IMG/VR virus record: IMGVR_UViG_3300034106_000257
Location: 1 to 48,613 of that record
Length of the DNA stretch: 48,613 nucleotides
Origin: a virus
Taxonomy: Duplodnaviria; Caudoviricetes
Direction: 5' to 3' (one strand)
The first letter of the stretch is position 1, and every line of letters starts with the position of its first letter. The notes under the pieces were generated by a model. It was not told the origin of the DNA and did no database searches. It worked only from the letters and a program-made list of their open reading frames with translations. Shown one piece after another: positions 38,214 through 46,325 of this stretch. The position numbers were made by a program, and so were the translations under genes.

Positions 38214-38567
38214 ATGGCTACTTTTGAAGGTACTGTTCGCATCCGTCTTCACCCCGATAAGGGAATCACGCTCGACAAGGGCAATGCAACGTCAACGCTC
38301 ACAGCGGTCGATGCTCCTGTCATCTTTAACAAGATGATGGAAGCGGCGGCAACGTACGGCGTCGGGATCGATCGTTGGTCGCTGTATATCCCCGAGGTTG
38401 CCACGGCGATGTCCGATGGCAAGCAGATTCCGATCGGCAAGATCAAGCCGTATCTGGACGGGAGTCGTACTGTGACTCTGATAGTGGGGAACTACGGTAC
38501 GCCGAGGCTCCTTCTGGCATCGCCTGTCAAGACGGTGAAGACGAGCAAGATCGTCGATATCGCTTAA
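38214..38567 (+). CDS. Early hypothetical protein, paralog B
   Basis: GGAGG RBS. Shares FEGTVR.R.HP.KGI.LDKG...STLTA.DA, DRWS.Y.P, KQIP and SKIVDIA* with paralog A. Confidence 0.85.
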   Translation: MATFEGTVRIRLHPDKGITLDKGNATSTLTAVDAPVIFNKMMEAAATYGVGIDRWSLYIPEVATAMSDGKQIPIGKIKPYLDGSRTVTLIVGNYGTPRLLLASPVKTVKTSKIVDIA

Positions 38568-38578
38568 CCCCTAACCCC

Positions 38579-38610
38579 TAGCGACCTGAGCATGTCGTTA
38601 AACTGCTCGG
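38579..38610 (+). ncRNA. H-type pseudoknot abutting an RBS
   Basis: Stem 1 TAGCGAC/GTCGTTA; stem 2 TGAGCA/TGCTCG; short loops. Confidence 0.6.
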
Positions 38611-38617
38611 AGGGTTT

Positions 38618-38848
38618 ATGAATCTGCACCCGATCAATGGCACCACGACGGTGTACAGCAATGACCGTGTAACCGAACACAAGGTGTTCAAGGACGGAAT
38701 GCTGATGTACCACTATCGCATCGACGAATTTGCGAATGGATGGTCTGTCTGGGTCAACGGATGGATTTGGCAGGAGCCTTTCCGGACTAACCGGGAGGCG
38801 TATCTCTGGATCATCGACAACGATGTCGAGAATTTGAATATCCGCTAG
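38618..38848 (+). CDS. Hypothetical protein
   Basis: 76 aa with GGAGG RBS. Confidence 0.7.
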   Translation: MNLHPINGTTTVYSNDRVTEHKVFKDGMLMYHYRIDEFANGWSVWVNGWIWQEPFRTNREAYLWIIDNDVENLNIR

Positions 38849-38903
38849 ATCGAAACGGGCTTCGGCCCGTCGTGCCGTGATGCGGCACCTGATGAGATCA
38901 TTA
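38848..38903 (+). ncRNA. Type II hammerhead ribozyme
   Basis: GATC-GAAA-CGGGC(TTCG)GCCCG-TC^-GTGCCG(TGATG)CGGCAC-CTGATGA-GATC. All core nucleotides and three stems are present. Confidence 0.92.
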
Positions 38904-38904
38904 A

Positions 38905-38925
38905 CATACGGAGCAATGAAGTATG
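38905..38925 (+). repeat. 21-nt translation-initiation leader, copy 1
   Basis: CATACGGAGCAATGAAGTATG, identical at 39303-39323. Confidence 0.9.
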
Positions 38926-39237
38926 TCAACAATAAGCGAAATGTGGAAGTGGCTTGGAGAGCACCAGTCCGTTGCTGATCAGCGAGGATATGGCGCTGCG
39001 TGGAAGATCATGTGCGAGGAGCGCACCGCTGAAGCGGCAAAAAATGCGGCCCTTACCGCACGGGGGGCAACGTACGGCGCGGGTCAACCTATGGCCCGAA
39101 AGATCAATGCCGCCGCACGGGCAGCAGAAGCGGCGTATGCCGCAATCGTGGAGTCTCAGTCCGCGATGACGAGCGACCGAATTGTGTGGGAGGAAATCGA
39201 GTCGGTGCGAATCTGCACATTGATCGCAGTCGCCTAA
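38923..39237 (+). CDS. Hypothetical Ala-rich protein
   Basis: 104 aa; starts in leader copy 1. Confidence 0.7.
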   Translation: MSTISEMWKWLGEHQSVADQRGYGAAWKIMCEERTAEAAKNAALTARGATYGAGQPMARKINAAARAAEAAYAAIVESQSAMTSDRIVWEEIESVRICTLIAVA

Positions 39238-39302
39238 CCCGCTGACAGCCTTTGACGTATCTGCTTTCGGGGTGCGTCACGGGGTGCCAATGGGGCATCA
39301 TT

Positions 39303-39323
39303 CATACGGAGCAATGAAGTATG
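39303..39323 (+). repeat. 21-nt translation-initiation leader, copy 2
   Basis: Exact match to 38905-38925. Confidence 0.9.
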
Positions 39324-39548
39324 GCAGAGGTTAACAAGGCCAAGAAGCGACAGGGGGCTTCTGGCAAGGCCAAGTATGCGGCCCAGTATGGGGTCACATT
39401 CAACAACAAGAAGCGTGCTCTGACCAAGCACATCAAGGCGCTTGAGGCTGCTCTGGCAGCGGCCAATGGCGAGGCCAAGGTCAAGCGGCTCAAGGCTGCT
39501 ATCGACGACACCATGCGGGCGATGCTCGCTCTCAAACTCAAGGCGTAA
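39321..39548 (+). CDS. Small basic helical protein
   Basis: 75 aa, Lys/Ala-rich; starts in leader copy 2. Confidence 0.7.
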   Translation: MAEVNKAKKRQGASGKAKYAAQYGVTFNNKKRALTKHIKALEAALAAANGEAKVKRLKAAIDDTMRAMLALKLKA

Positions 39549-39552
39549 TCAC

Positions 39553-39581
39553 TAGGGGGGCTTCGGCCCCCCTTTCCCTAG
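39553..39581 (+). terminator. cUUCGg hairpin (terminator or processing site)
   Basis: GGGGGGC-TTCG-GCCCCCT-TT, nearly identical to the hairpin at 29043-29060. Confidence 0.5.
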
Positions 39582-39590
39582 GAGATTGCT

Positions 39591-39812
39591 ATGCAATGCC
39601 GTCCTTGTATATCCCGTGGAGTTATCACGGAAGTGGCTGCATCTAGGCAGCGTCGTATCGATGGGGGCCAGTTCTTGTGTGAGGACTGTGCCGAGACTGT
39701 GGCGCGTAAGCGCAAGTTCACTGTGCTTCCCATGCACAAGAGCAACTACCAAGTCCCTGCTAACAGGGACGAACTCATAGGGTTCAACAACAAAGGGGGG
39801 TTGGTGCGATGA
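39591..39812 (+). CDS. Small zinc-finger protein
   Basis: CRPC...CEDC followed by PMHKSNY. Confidence 0.7.
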   Translation: MQCRPCISRGVITEVAASRQRRIDGGQFLCEDCAETVARKRKFTVLPMHKSNYQVPANRDELIGFNNKGGLVR

Positions 39813-40048
39813 GCATGGAACAGGTGGAACTGAAATTCGCAGAACTTGACGGCAAGCGGATTGCCTACTCAAGCGAGACTCTGTTTTACGTACAGGTCGG
39901 ACGGTACAAGTCTTCATTCAAGACTAGGTACACCATCAAAGGCAGTCTCGGCCAAGCGTGTTTCTACTACGCAGGTATGAACATTGGCAACGGGTACAAA
40001 AAGCGCCTGTTGATGCAGGACGATACGTTGGCTGTTCAGTATTCATAA
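39809..40048 (+). CDS. Hypothetical protein
   Basis: 79 aa; ATGA overlap. Confidence 0.65.
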   Translation: MSMEQVELKFAELDGKRIAYSSETLFYVQVGRYKSSFKTRYTIKGSLGQACFYYAGMNIGNGYKKRLLMQDDTLAVQYS

Positions 40049-40072
40049 ACAGATGTTTACAGGAGAACAATC

Positions 40073-40396
40073 ATGAGCAAGTTTGACATTCAAGCCCACG
40101 TCAAGTCGGGCAAGGTGATCGAGTTGTCGGAGCGTCGGCTGCATCGACGCCCGGCTCCGGAGATCGTTTGTGCCGATGGGTTCACCATGTCGGTTCAAGC
40201 GAGCATCTACCACTATTGCGAGCCGCGTGATGACGACGGGCCGTATACACAGTTTGAAGTGGGGTACCCGAGCGAGTACGAGGATAAATTAATGCCTTAC
40301 GCCGAGGACGCAGAGCGCCCAGCCGATACCGTGTACGGGTATGTCCCGTACGAAGTGGTGATGGATGTAATCGAGAAGCATGGAGGTGTGAAGTGA
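40073..40396 (+). CDS. Conserved phage hypothetical protein
   Basis: CADGFTMSVQAS..HYC.PR...EVGYPS...TVYGYVP...KHGG; AGGAG RBS. Confidence 0.75.
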   Translation: MSKFDIQAHVKSGKVIELSERRLHRRPAPEIVCADGFTMSVQASIYHYCEPRDDDGPYTQFEVGYPSEYEDKLMPYAEDAERPADTVYGYVPYEVVMDVIEKHGGVK

Positions 40397-40554
40397 AGAC
40401 GAGAAAAGTAACCAACCAGATTCTAGAGATGCTTGAAGAAGGCATCTTGAGCAAGGACGCCGTGATCACGGCCTGTCTCAAGTACATGAGCGAGGCCGAT
40501 GTTGCAGACATGGCACATATCAATGGTTTTTTGGATGAGGAGGATGAGCGATGA
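40393..40554 (+). CDS. Small hypothetical protein, 53 aa
   Basis: Read by hand from GTG: KTRKVTNQILEMLEEGILSKDAVITACLKYMSEADVADMAHINGF...; GTGA and ATGA overlaps at the two ends. Confidence 0.7.
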   Translation: MKTRKVTNQILEMLEEGILSKDAVITACLKYMSEADVADMAHINGFLDEEDER

Positions 40555-40919
40555 GTTACGAAGCAGCGTTGACCGCAGCAGGTGCTGAGATTCTGGAGTT
40601 CAAGTATCTGGGATCGTATCAGGGTGTCTGGGTGGCCCTCGTCAAATACGGCGGCGAACGTGGTTGGGTACAGGGAACATTCGGTTCCTGTTCGCATTGC
40701 GATTCTTTCGAGGGGGAGTTCGGTTGGGGTATCGACCCGGAGAATGAAACCGAAGAGCAATACCAAACACGCCTCGCGGATTTCGGCAGGACGTATCTGG
40801 GCGGGTTGCAGACAACGGAGCAGGTCGCTGCGCAATTCGACCGAGACGCCGCGTGGGATTCGGACTCCGAGGAAGCCGCAAAGTGGGTTCGTGCTACCGG
40901 GGAGCGGTACGAGCGATGA
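40551..40919 (+). CDS. Hypothetical protein
   Basis: GSYQG.W...FGSCSHCDSFE; 122 aa. Confidence 0.7.
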   Translation: MSYEAALTAAGAEILEFKYLGSYQGVWVALVKYGGERGWVQGTFGSCSHCDSFEGEFGWGIDPENETEEQYQTRLADFGRTYLGGLQTTEQVAAQFDRDAAWDSDSEEAAKWVRATGERYER

Positions 40920-41035
40920 GAATCGTCACTCCCGAAGAACTGAATTCGCTCCTGTGGAGCGTTTACCGCCGTGGAGTAGTTCACGGGGGACTGGTTGCTG
41001 TGGCTACGGCCACGGTGTGGTTGATCATTAACTAA
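40916..41035 (+). CDS. Small membrane peptide
   Basis: ATGA overlap at 40916; hydrophobic C-terminus. Confidence 0.5.
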   Translation: MRIVTPEELNSLLWSVYRRGVVHGGLVAVATATVWLIIN

Positions 41036-41044
41036 GGAGAAGCG

Positions 41045-41227
41045 ATGAAGCGTTTATTCGTACTAAGGTACGGCAAAGGTGGAAGTCTGGTGCGAGATGA
41101 CGACGGTACGCCGTTGTATTTCGGCAACAAGGCGGCTGCTAAAGCAGCCCGAGACCAGATAGATAAAGCCGTAGTTTCCTACGGCCCTGACCACGACAAG
41201 TTCAACAACAAGCATGGAGTAAAGTGA
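41045..41227 (+). CDS. Hypothetical protein
   Basis: AAGGAG RBS; 60 aa with YF.NK..AK..RD and VSYGPDH. Confidence 0.7.
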   Translation: MKRLFVLRYGKGGSLVRDDDGTPLYFGNKAAAKAARDQIDKAVVSYGPDHDKFNNKHGVK

Positions 41228-41228
41228 A

Positions 41229-42227
41229 ATGCGTCCGACACTACTGAAAGAAACTCTCAAGTCCCTGCATGCGGTTAACCGCACGGTCTGCATCGAAGGC
41301 CCGCCGGGTGGCGGCAAGACTACCGTGGTACACGGTACTGCCAAGGAACTCGACAAGCACTATATCGAGCGGCATGTACCTACCATGCTCGTGGAAGACT
41401 TCGGTGTTCCCGACATGATGAGTTCTGCGCAGTCCTTCGGCTACAAGATTCCCGAGTGGTTCCCGTCCAAGGGCAGCAAGTGGGATGATGGCCGTGGCGG
41501 CATCTTGTGCTTCGACGATCGCAACCAAGCAAGTGCTGACATCCAGAAGGTCATTGCCAACATCTGCCAAGCGCGTAACTTGCACGGTGTACCCATGGCC
41601 GATGGGTGGCAGGTTATCTCAACGGGCAATCGTCAGTCTGACCGAGCCGGTGCTAACCGAGTACTCAGCCACTTGCGTAATCGTGAGACTGTGCTTGAGT
41701 TCGAGACTCACTTGGACGACTGGACTTCATGGGCCATCGACAACAACGTGAAGCCCGAGGTGATATCGTTCATCCGCTTCAAGACGGCTCTGCTGCATGA
41801 CTTCGATCCGCAGCGTGATCAGAATCCTACGCCACGTTCATGGGTGGAGGGTGTCAGCGATGTGATGGGTATTGTCCCCACCGAGGCTGAGTACGAGGCG
41901 TTCAAGGGCGCTGTCGGTGAGGGTGCTGCTGCCGAGTTCACTGGCTATCTGCGTATCTACCGCAAGTTGCCTAATCCCGATGGCATTCTGCTGAACCCTG
42001 ACAAGGGTGAGGTGCCGACCGATCCTGCAACTCTTTACGCTCTCTCAGGCTCTTTGGCACAGCGTTGCACCGAGGCTAACTTCGATCGGGCTTGCACCTA
42101 CTTCGAGCGTATGCCGCCAGAGTTCAGCGTCCTGTCAGTCTCGTATGCACTGCGTAAGCATCCCGAACTGGCTAACACGCAAGCGTTTGTGCGGTGGAGT
42201 GTCAAGCATCAAGATGTTCTGTTCTAA
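41229..42227 (+). CDS. MoxR-like AAA+ ATPase
   Basis: Walker A GPPGGGKT, Walker B ILCFDD, sensor TGNR, LRNR and PTPRSW. Confidence 0.85.
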   Translation: MRPTLLKETLKSLHAVNRTVCIEGPPGGGKTTVVHGTAKELDKHYIERHVPTMLVEDFGVPDMMSSAQSFGYKIPEWFPSKGSKWDDGRGGILCFDDRNQASADIQKVIANICQARNLHGVPMADGWQVISTGNRQSDRAGANRVLSHLRNRETVLEFETHLDDWTSWAIDNNVKPEVISFIRFKTALLHDFDPQRDQNPTPRSWVEGVSDVMGIVPTEAEYEAFKGAVGEGAAAEFTGYLRIYRKLPNPDGILLNPDKGEVPTDPATLYALSGSLAQRCTEANFDRACTYFERMPPEFSVLSVSYALRKHPELANTQAFVRWSVKHQDVLF

Positions 42228-42244
42228 TCAGAGGAGTACCAACG

Positions 42245-43093
42245 ATGAATCTGAACGATAAAGCACTGCTCGTATCACTCAATATCGGTGGGTGGGCAGG
42301 TCGCAAACTCGATAAGCGTGTTACCCGTGAGGTAGCACAGTCCAATGGCGTGGCATCAAGCGTGGGGCGCTATAACAAGTCCCTGCTTCCGGGATGTACG
42401 CTGCTCGATGATATCCACAGCAAGGCAGGGTTGATTCGTAATGACTTCTACGACAACACGCTGCCGTGGAGCATGGAGGGTACGTTCATCCTGCCGACGG
42501 GAAACTACCTTGGGTTTATGACCAAGTTCCGGCGAGACAAAGCCGACTGGATGGTGATTGTCAACCAGTTTGCTGATGGGTATGCCGTGTTCAAGCAACG
42601 AGCGCAGCAGACTCTGGGGCCGTTGTACTGCGAGGCTGACTATCCGGAGCAGCACACGATCGCAAGCAAGTTCTACATGGATATCAACGTGATGCCCATG
42701 CCGAGTGCTGACTTCCGTGTGCAGTTGTCTGCCGATGAGGTAGCAAAGATTCGCTTGCAGGTTGAAGAGCAGGTGAAGTCTGCCCAGTCTGCGGCGATGA
42801 AAGACCTGTGGGGCAGGGTGTACGACAAGGTAAAACATATTGCCGAGAAGTGTGCCGATCCCAAGTCGATCTTTCGGGACAGCATGATCGACAATGCCCG
42901 AGACCTGTGCGAGTTGTTGCCTAGGCTGAACTTTGCCGACGACCCGCAACTGGAAGCAATGCGGCAGGAGATCGAAACCAAGTTGCTCAAGAACCCTGAA
43001 ATTCTCAGGCTGCATCCTGAAGTTCGACGGGACACCGCAGCAGAGGCCAAAGCCATCATGGACAAAATGTCCGCAATCATGGGAGGTATGTGA
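42245..43093 (+). CDS. Conserved helical phage protein linked to the AAA/vWA genes (possibly DUF3150-like)
   Basis: ATG 42245 follows GAGGAG; W.GRKLDK...K.LL...TLPW...G...YP motifs. Confidence 0.6.
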   Translation: MNLNDKALLVSLNIGGWAGRKLDKRVTREVAQSNGVASSVGRYNKSLLPGCTLLDDIHSKAGLIRNDFYDNTLPWSMEGTFILPTGNYLGFMTKFRRDKADWMVIVNQFADGYAVFKQRAQQTLGPLYCEADYPEQHTIASKFYMDINVMPMPSADFRVQLSADEVAKIRLQVEEQVKSAQSAAMKDLWGRVYDKVKHIAEKCADPKSIFRDSMIDNARDLCELLPRLNFADDPQLEAMRQEIETKLLKNPEILRLHPEVRRDTAAEAKAIMDKMSAIMGGM

Positions 43094-43094
43094 T

Positions 43095-44246
43095 ATGGCA
43101 TCAGTAGTAGTCCAGAAGGAGCAGGTAACCCCTGCTCCCCTCACTCCGCAGCGCGAGGCCAAGATCAAGACGCGATTGGCCAAGGCAAAGACCAGTCTCG
43201 TACTGGAGCATCCGTTCATTGGCAGCATCGCATTGGGACTGCCGTACCACATCGATCAGTCTATCCCGACTGCTGCGACCAACGGCAAGTGCATCAAGTT
43301 CAACCCCGACTTCGTGGACAAGTTGAACGATGAGGAACTGAAGTTCTTGGTAGCACACGAGTGCTTCCATCCCATGCTTGAGCATTGCTTCCGGCGTGGC
43401 GATCGCGATCATCGCAAGTGGAATCAGGCAGGTGATTACGTCATCAACAAACTGTTGTCCGACGAGAAGATCGGCAAGATGCCGACAGGTGGACTGCTCG
43501 ATGACAACATCTACAATGCCGGTGGCCAAACGTCCGACGGTATCTATAACATCCTGCCGGATAATCCACACGGCAATGATCCGCTTGACGACTGCCAAGA
43601 CGACGACGGTACACCTGCCGAGAAGGAGCAGCAGCGTGCCGAGTGGAAGGTGAAAGTTGCTCAGGCTGCACAAGCAGCCAAGATGATGGGCAAGTTGTCT
43701 GCCGGTATGGAGCGGCTCGTCGGTGAGATGATGCAGCCCAAGGTCAACTGGAAAGATGTTCTACGTCGCTTTGCGGAGCGGGCCAAGAACGATTCCCGTA
43801 CCTTTGCGCGTCCCAATCGCAGGTTTGTGCAGCAGGGGTTCTACCTGCCGACGATCAGCGGTGAGGTTATGGGCGAGATGTTGGTCGCAGTTGACTGCTC
43901 TGGGTCTATCAGCCCCGAGATCATTGCGCAGTTCGCTGCCGAGATTTCAGCGATCAAGACCGACTCTTGCCCCAAGAAGTTGCACGTTGTGTACTTCGAC
44001 TCGACAGTTTCACACTACGAGTCGTACTTGCCCGACGATGCACTCGATATCCGTCCGCATGGTGGTGGCGGTACTGCCTTCAGTCCCGTGTTCAAGTATG
44101 CGATGGAGCACGATATCAACCCCGTTGCTTGTGTGTTCTTGACCGACCTGTGCTGTAACGATTTCGGTACTGCCCCTGACTATCCTGTGCTGTGGGTAAG
44201 TACTGATGCAGGTACTGCACCGTTCGGTGAAGTTGTGTTGATGTAA
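43095..44246 (+). CDS. DUF2201-type metallopeptidase fused to a vWA domain
   Basis: TAATNG, HECFH (HExxH), WN.A.D..IN, MIDAS DCSGS, GGGGT.F and LTD. ATG 43095 follows GGAGG. Confidence 0.85.
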   Translation: MASVVVQKEQVTPAPLTPQREAKIKTRLAKAKTSLVLEHPFIGSIALGLPYHIDQSIPTAATNGKCIKFNPDFVDKLNDEELKFLVAHECFHPMLEHCFRRGDRDHRKWNQAGDYVINKLLSDEKIGKMPTGGLLDDNIYNAGGQTSDGIYNILPDNPHGNDPLDDCQDDDGTPAEKEQQRAEWKVKVAQAAQAAKMMGKLSAGMERLVGEMMQPKVNWKDVLRRFAERAKNDSRTFARPNRRFVQQGFYLPTISGEVMGEMLVAVDCSGSISPEIIAQFAAEISAIKTDSCPKKLHVVYFDSTVSHYESYLPDDALDIRPHGGGGTAFSPVFKYAMEHDINPVACVFLTDLCCNDFGTAPDYPVLWVSTDAGTAPFGEVVLM

Positions 44247-44265
44247 TAACTTACGGAGAAAGACA

Positions 44266-44925
44266 ATGGCTGTTGTTCGTTTTAGTGCTGAGTTGATCCA
44301 ACAGATCACAGACAATGCTTCTGGTATGTTCAAGGCGCAGCAGGAGGCTGCGCTCAGGTCAGAGATTACTGACGATATGGGTATCCAGTTGTATGACTGG
44401 CTGATCGACAGTGATACTAGGGCAATGATGGATGCGCTGCCCGCCGGGTTTATGCGTGTTATTGACCACATAAACATTTCCCACTTTAGCAATGTTTCAG
44501 TGGAGATGAACTTCCCGCTGCCTTATCGGAAGCCTTGGCCGTATACGACACAGGGGCTACCGAATGTTCTACGGGCCGGATATCAACCCAATGAGCATCT
44601 GACTACTCGTGAGCCGAATGCAGACGACGTAGTAGGTATTAAATTATTTAGTGCGTTCTACCGCCGACGAGAGAATATCGAAAGGGTTAGACTGCGCAAG
44701 GACAAGTTCGTGCGTGATGTCATCAAGATTTGTTCGGCGTACACGACGCTTGCCCCTGCTCTCAAGGCATTTCCTGCGCTGTGGGATTTGCTTCCGCAAC
44801 ATGCCAAGAACCGACACTTGGAAGTTGTCGAGCGCAAGACGGCTACTTCTGCAACGGCATTGCCGAGTGACGTTAACCTGAGTGAAGTTGCTGCGGTCGT
44901 CATTGCTACGAAGATGCTCAAATGA
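44266..44925 (+). CDS. Hypothetical protein, possibly Nmad5-like
   Basis: C-terminal TTLAPALKAFPALWDLLP resembles the T...L...WP....LP motif. Confidence 0.45.
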   Translation: MAVVRFSAELIQQITDNASGMFKAQQEAALRSEITDDMGIQLYDWLIDSDTRAMMDALPAGFMRVIDHINISHFSNVSVEMNFPLPYRKPWPYTTQGLPNVLRAGYQPNEHLTTREPNADDVVGIKLFSAFYRRRENIERVRLRKDKFVRDVIKICSAYTTLAPALKAFPALWDLLPQHAKNRHLEVVERKTATSATALPSDVNLSEVAAVVIATKMLK

Positions 44926-45140
44926 AAAAGATCATCCACGTTAATCAGCATGTTATCAGGAGCAACACAAAGTCGGGGTCGCGAGACCCCGTACTTACAA
45001 TCAAGACTTACGAGTCCAATACCTATGCTCACGAGGTGGTGATCCACGGTCCGTCAAAGATCGTCTATTCACCTGACAAGCCGTTGTCTTGTGGAGCACG
45101 GGTATGGATTGAAACAGAAGCGAGGATTGAATCATGGTGA
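44922..45140 (+). CDS. Conserved phage hypothetical protein
   Basis: IHVNQH.IR.N...PLSCGARVWIET. Confidence 0.75.
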   Translation: MKKIIHVNQHVIRSNTKSGSRDPVLTIKTYESNTYAHEVVIHGPSKIVYSPDKPLSCGARVWIETEARIESW

Positions 45141-45946
45141 AAGCATTTATAGGAACATATGCGGACGCGGAGCAGTACAACAAAGGGGCTAGGTCACAGG
45201 CTGATGGCAGACCCCTCAAGTCATGGGCTAGGAGCAAGCGGTTAGCCGACGGGTCTTACGAGATTTCGATCAAGAACTTTCAAGGTGCTGTGCTTGGCAT
45301 CCTCACGCCTGATAATAAGTTCAAGTTTACTTTGAGCGATGCTCAGGCGAGATCGGTGCAGTATACTCTGGGGTCTTCGTTACATGGTGCGCTTCCCTTC
45401 TATTGGTACCGTGTATCCACTGGTCGGTGGAAGATAGTACACGCAAGACATATTCCTAGGTACGGACAATATCACAGTATTATGAAGAAGGAGGCACCGG
45501 AGTACTTCGAGGGTATTACCTTTGACCTTCTTACTGGAGATTGCGTTAACCGCAGACCCAACTTGCTGAGTACTGTGAATCCCGATGCTCGCAAAGTCTG
45601 GCGATCCAAACTTACCAAGTTCAAACGTGGTATCAAAGTCCGCGAGAAGTTGGGTGTGTTCGATACGCTTCTGAAAGAATCTGGATTACCTAGACCCTTA
45701 CTTCTGATAAATTTTTATACGTCGGAAGGCGTGGCACAGGTTGCAGAGATCATCAAAAGCGAGACCTTTTCGACAGAATCGATGAAGTCATTTGCTTATA
45801 TGGCGTACACGCTTCATGGACTTCGCGCCCCTACTAGTGTCGCTAATACTGTAGATGCGTACTTGAGGAACCACAGCATTGCGCTTCGCAAACATTTCAA
45901 CGTGTTCGATAACCAAGGAGATTCGACCAATGACAATGACCGATAA
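45134..45946 (+). CDS. Hypothetical protein
   Basis: 270-aa ORF in the operon. Confidence 0.7.
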   Translation: MVKAFIGTYADAEQYNKGARSQADGRPLKSWARSKRLADGSYEISIKNFQGAVLGILTPDNKFKFTLSDAQARSVQYTLGSSLHGALPFYWYRVSTGRWKIVHARHIPRYGQYHSIMKKEAPEYFEGITFDLLTGDCVNRRPNLLSTVNPDARKVWRSKLTKFKRGIKVREKLGVFDTLLKESGLPRPLLLINFYTSEGVAQVAEIIKSETFSTESMKSFAYMAYTLHGLRAPTSVANTVDAYLRNHSIALRKHFNVFDNQGDSTNDNDR

Positions 45947-46325
45947 GATTCGCCGCTTGCTCGCGATAGGCAATTCCGTGGGAGAGACCGCCCTAAAACT
46001 GAATGTTTCAAAGAACCGTGTCTATACGGTGCGTTGGCTTGACAAGAAGAACAAGCAGGAGAAGCAACAGGACAGAAGCGTGTTCACGCCGGACAATGTA
46101 GTCAACCCACAAGTTGCTATCGAAACTGTCAATCACCCCCCGCATTACAAGACGGGTGGCATCGAGACCATCGACTTCATCGAGGCCAAGGATTTGAACT
46201 ACCGACTGGGCAACGTCATCAAGTACGTGAGTCGTGCAGGTAAGAAGAACTCCGACCCCATCGAGGACTTGGAGAAGGCTGCGTGGTATTTGCAGCGTGA
46301 GATTGATGCGAGGAAGCGAGCATGA
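45930..46325 (+). CDS. DUF3310 (SaV-like) protein with an N-terminal HTH-like segment
   Basis: VNHPPHY..GGIETID...GNVIKY..RAGKK...EDLEKA.WYL; ATG 45930 follows AAGGAG. Confidence 0.85.
   Translation: MTMTDKIRRLLAIGNSVGETALKLNVSKNRVYTVRWLDKKNKQEKQQDRSVFTPDNVVNPQVAIETVNHPPHYKTGGIETIDFIEAKDLNYRLGNVIKYVSRAGKKNSDPIEDLEKAAWYLQREIDARKRA

Noticed and set aside
38119-38337. 72-aa hydrophobic ORF
   Set aside because: It has a TTG start, overlaps P2 and paralog B out of frame, and lacks an RBS.
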